64,000 bases of DNA, from positions 3,494 to 67,493 of the IMG/VR virus record IMGVR_UViG_3300031718_000006; one strand, 5' to 3'. The notes beneath the pieces are model-generated. The model did no database searches and was not told the origin of the DNA. It saw nothing but the letters and a program-made list of their open reading frames with translations. The DNA comes from a virus. Positions 62,866-64,000 of this stretch are shown here, in pieces; position 1 is the first letter of the stretch; each line of letters opens with the position of its first letter. The translations under genes and the position numbers were made by a program.

Positions 62866-63534
62866 AACCAATTCCTGATTCAGAGGGAGCAAGGAAAAGT
62901 CTGGGCTAGAGACTCGTCCCTGACAGCGCAATAACGGTATTCCGTCATCGTCGGTCGCGTGGTCAGCGTGAAGTGTGACTCGGCTATTTTCGGCTCCCGC
63001 AGAAGTCGAATCCCCTAACGATGGCCCACGGCTCACGCGCCCACTGGCACCGATCCACTCTCTCAGCCGCAATGCTGATTGACTGGACAGAAATGTCCCA
63101 GAGAGGAAACAAAGTCGATATGTTCGAGAAGTTTCAAGTCCGGTAAGGGCTCTAATCGTTGAGTCCGAAATGTTGGTTGCTTCAAGACTCATCGAAGGAA
63201 GCAACCGGAGGGTCTTGGGAGACCCCCCAGAACATTTCGGTGAGAAAAGGCTGGGGATCAGACCAGCACTTGAATCTTGCTTGAGTTGGCTAACCGTTGT
63301 CAAGCCCTTCCTCCAGTTTATTTTTACGCCGCACTTCTCTTCCCTTGCGGTTGCTTTCGGAGAATATGACGCTCTGTCTAACAAGTTCATTGTTTAGAAC
63401 CTTTTGCCCTAATAATGTCGGGGCGGTTCCCATCGGCCTGTACCAAAGTCCCTTGCGCCGCACACCAAAGGCCCAGCGATTCAATACTTGTTCGATGGAA
63501 GGAAATGATTCTCTCTGCCATTCGTCGCTAACTC

Positions 63535-63969
63535 TCATCCAACTTTCACCGCTCTCCGTAGTGCGCTGGCCTGTCCGTACTGCTTCGAGGCTTCCTGTTG
63601 GAACTCGTCGGCGCGTTTCTCGATCTTTTCGGCGCAATCCGCAATGTATTCAAGGAATTGCACGCGGCACTTGGGGTTGATGACTTTCGCCAATACACGC
63701 TGAATCGCTTCAACGTCAATCTGATAACTTCCAGAACCGTTTGCGGAGCGCTTCTCAATGTCAAACGACCATCGGAAGCGCAGACCGCAAGGATGATTAC
63801 CAGAAAACCATCCCGAAGTTGAAATATCCAAACGGTGACTGCCTCCCGGCTCGAATTCCGTAGCGATACTCCAAGGCTTTTCCCCGCATAGGTAAACCTG
63901 ATCGGTTCCCGTAGCGAGATAGTGATTTGCCAACCGCACATACTCCGTAAACGGCTTTTCGTCCATCAT
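63535..63969 (-). CDS. hypothetical protein
   Basis: GAAGGG SD; protein-like composition. Confidence 0.65.
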   Translation of the reverse strand: MMDEKPFTEYVRLANHYLATGTDQVYLCGEKPWSIATEFEPGGSHRLDISTSGWFSGNHPCGLRFRWSFDIEKRSANGSGSYQIDVEAIQRVLAKVINPKCRVQFLEYIADCAEKIEKRADEFQQEASKQYGQASALRRAVKVG

Positions 63970-64000
63970 TCCATTCCCTTCTTTCTGGCCTCTACAAAGA

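Noticed and set aside
1-64000. Alternative genetic code or suppressor tRNA
   Set aside because: Long genes are intact in the standard code and end in all three stop codons; the tRNA-Ser anticodon UGA reads UCA, not a stop.
1-64000. Firm host assignment or prophage status
   Set aside because: No integrase, att site or flanking host genes are visible, so the host cannot be established from this window.

Overview
The window is part of a tailed (podovirus-like) bacteriophage genome, mostly encoded on the - strand. No replication or integrase genes are visible, and the first CDS runs off the left edge. Reading the late transcript from right to left: sigma-region-4-like gene and NusG paralog (48.4-47.3 kb); five glycosyltransferases and two methyltransferases; HNH-AP2; terminase; portal; scaffold; four tRNAs; major capsid protein; Endo VII-like nuclease; RHH regulator; three Y RNA-like elements; Ro60 (TROVE); GroES; GroEL; adaptor; an apparently split nozzle gene; ejection proteins; three large signal-peptide-bearing fibre-like proteins; lysis module. 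Small early genes occupy 48.5-64 kb. The main finding is that the four tRNAs are exactly the complete U34-G35 set (Thr-UGU, Ala-UGC, Pro-UGG, Ser-UGA). They sit directly behind what looks like a complete ribosome-dependent transcription attenuator. Its unannotated leader peptide has 11 consecutive NCN codons, 10 of them NCA/NCG, and it has 1:2, 2:3 and 3:4 hairpins ending in a terminator. This suggests a sensor that switches on backup tRNAs when the host's NCA/NCG-decoding tRNAs are depleted. The same operator-like palindrome overlaps the TTGACA elements upstream of this cassette, the RHH-Y RNA-Ro60 unit and a candidate structured ncRNA. All calls come from reading the sequence by eye; no database searches or folding programs were run.
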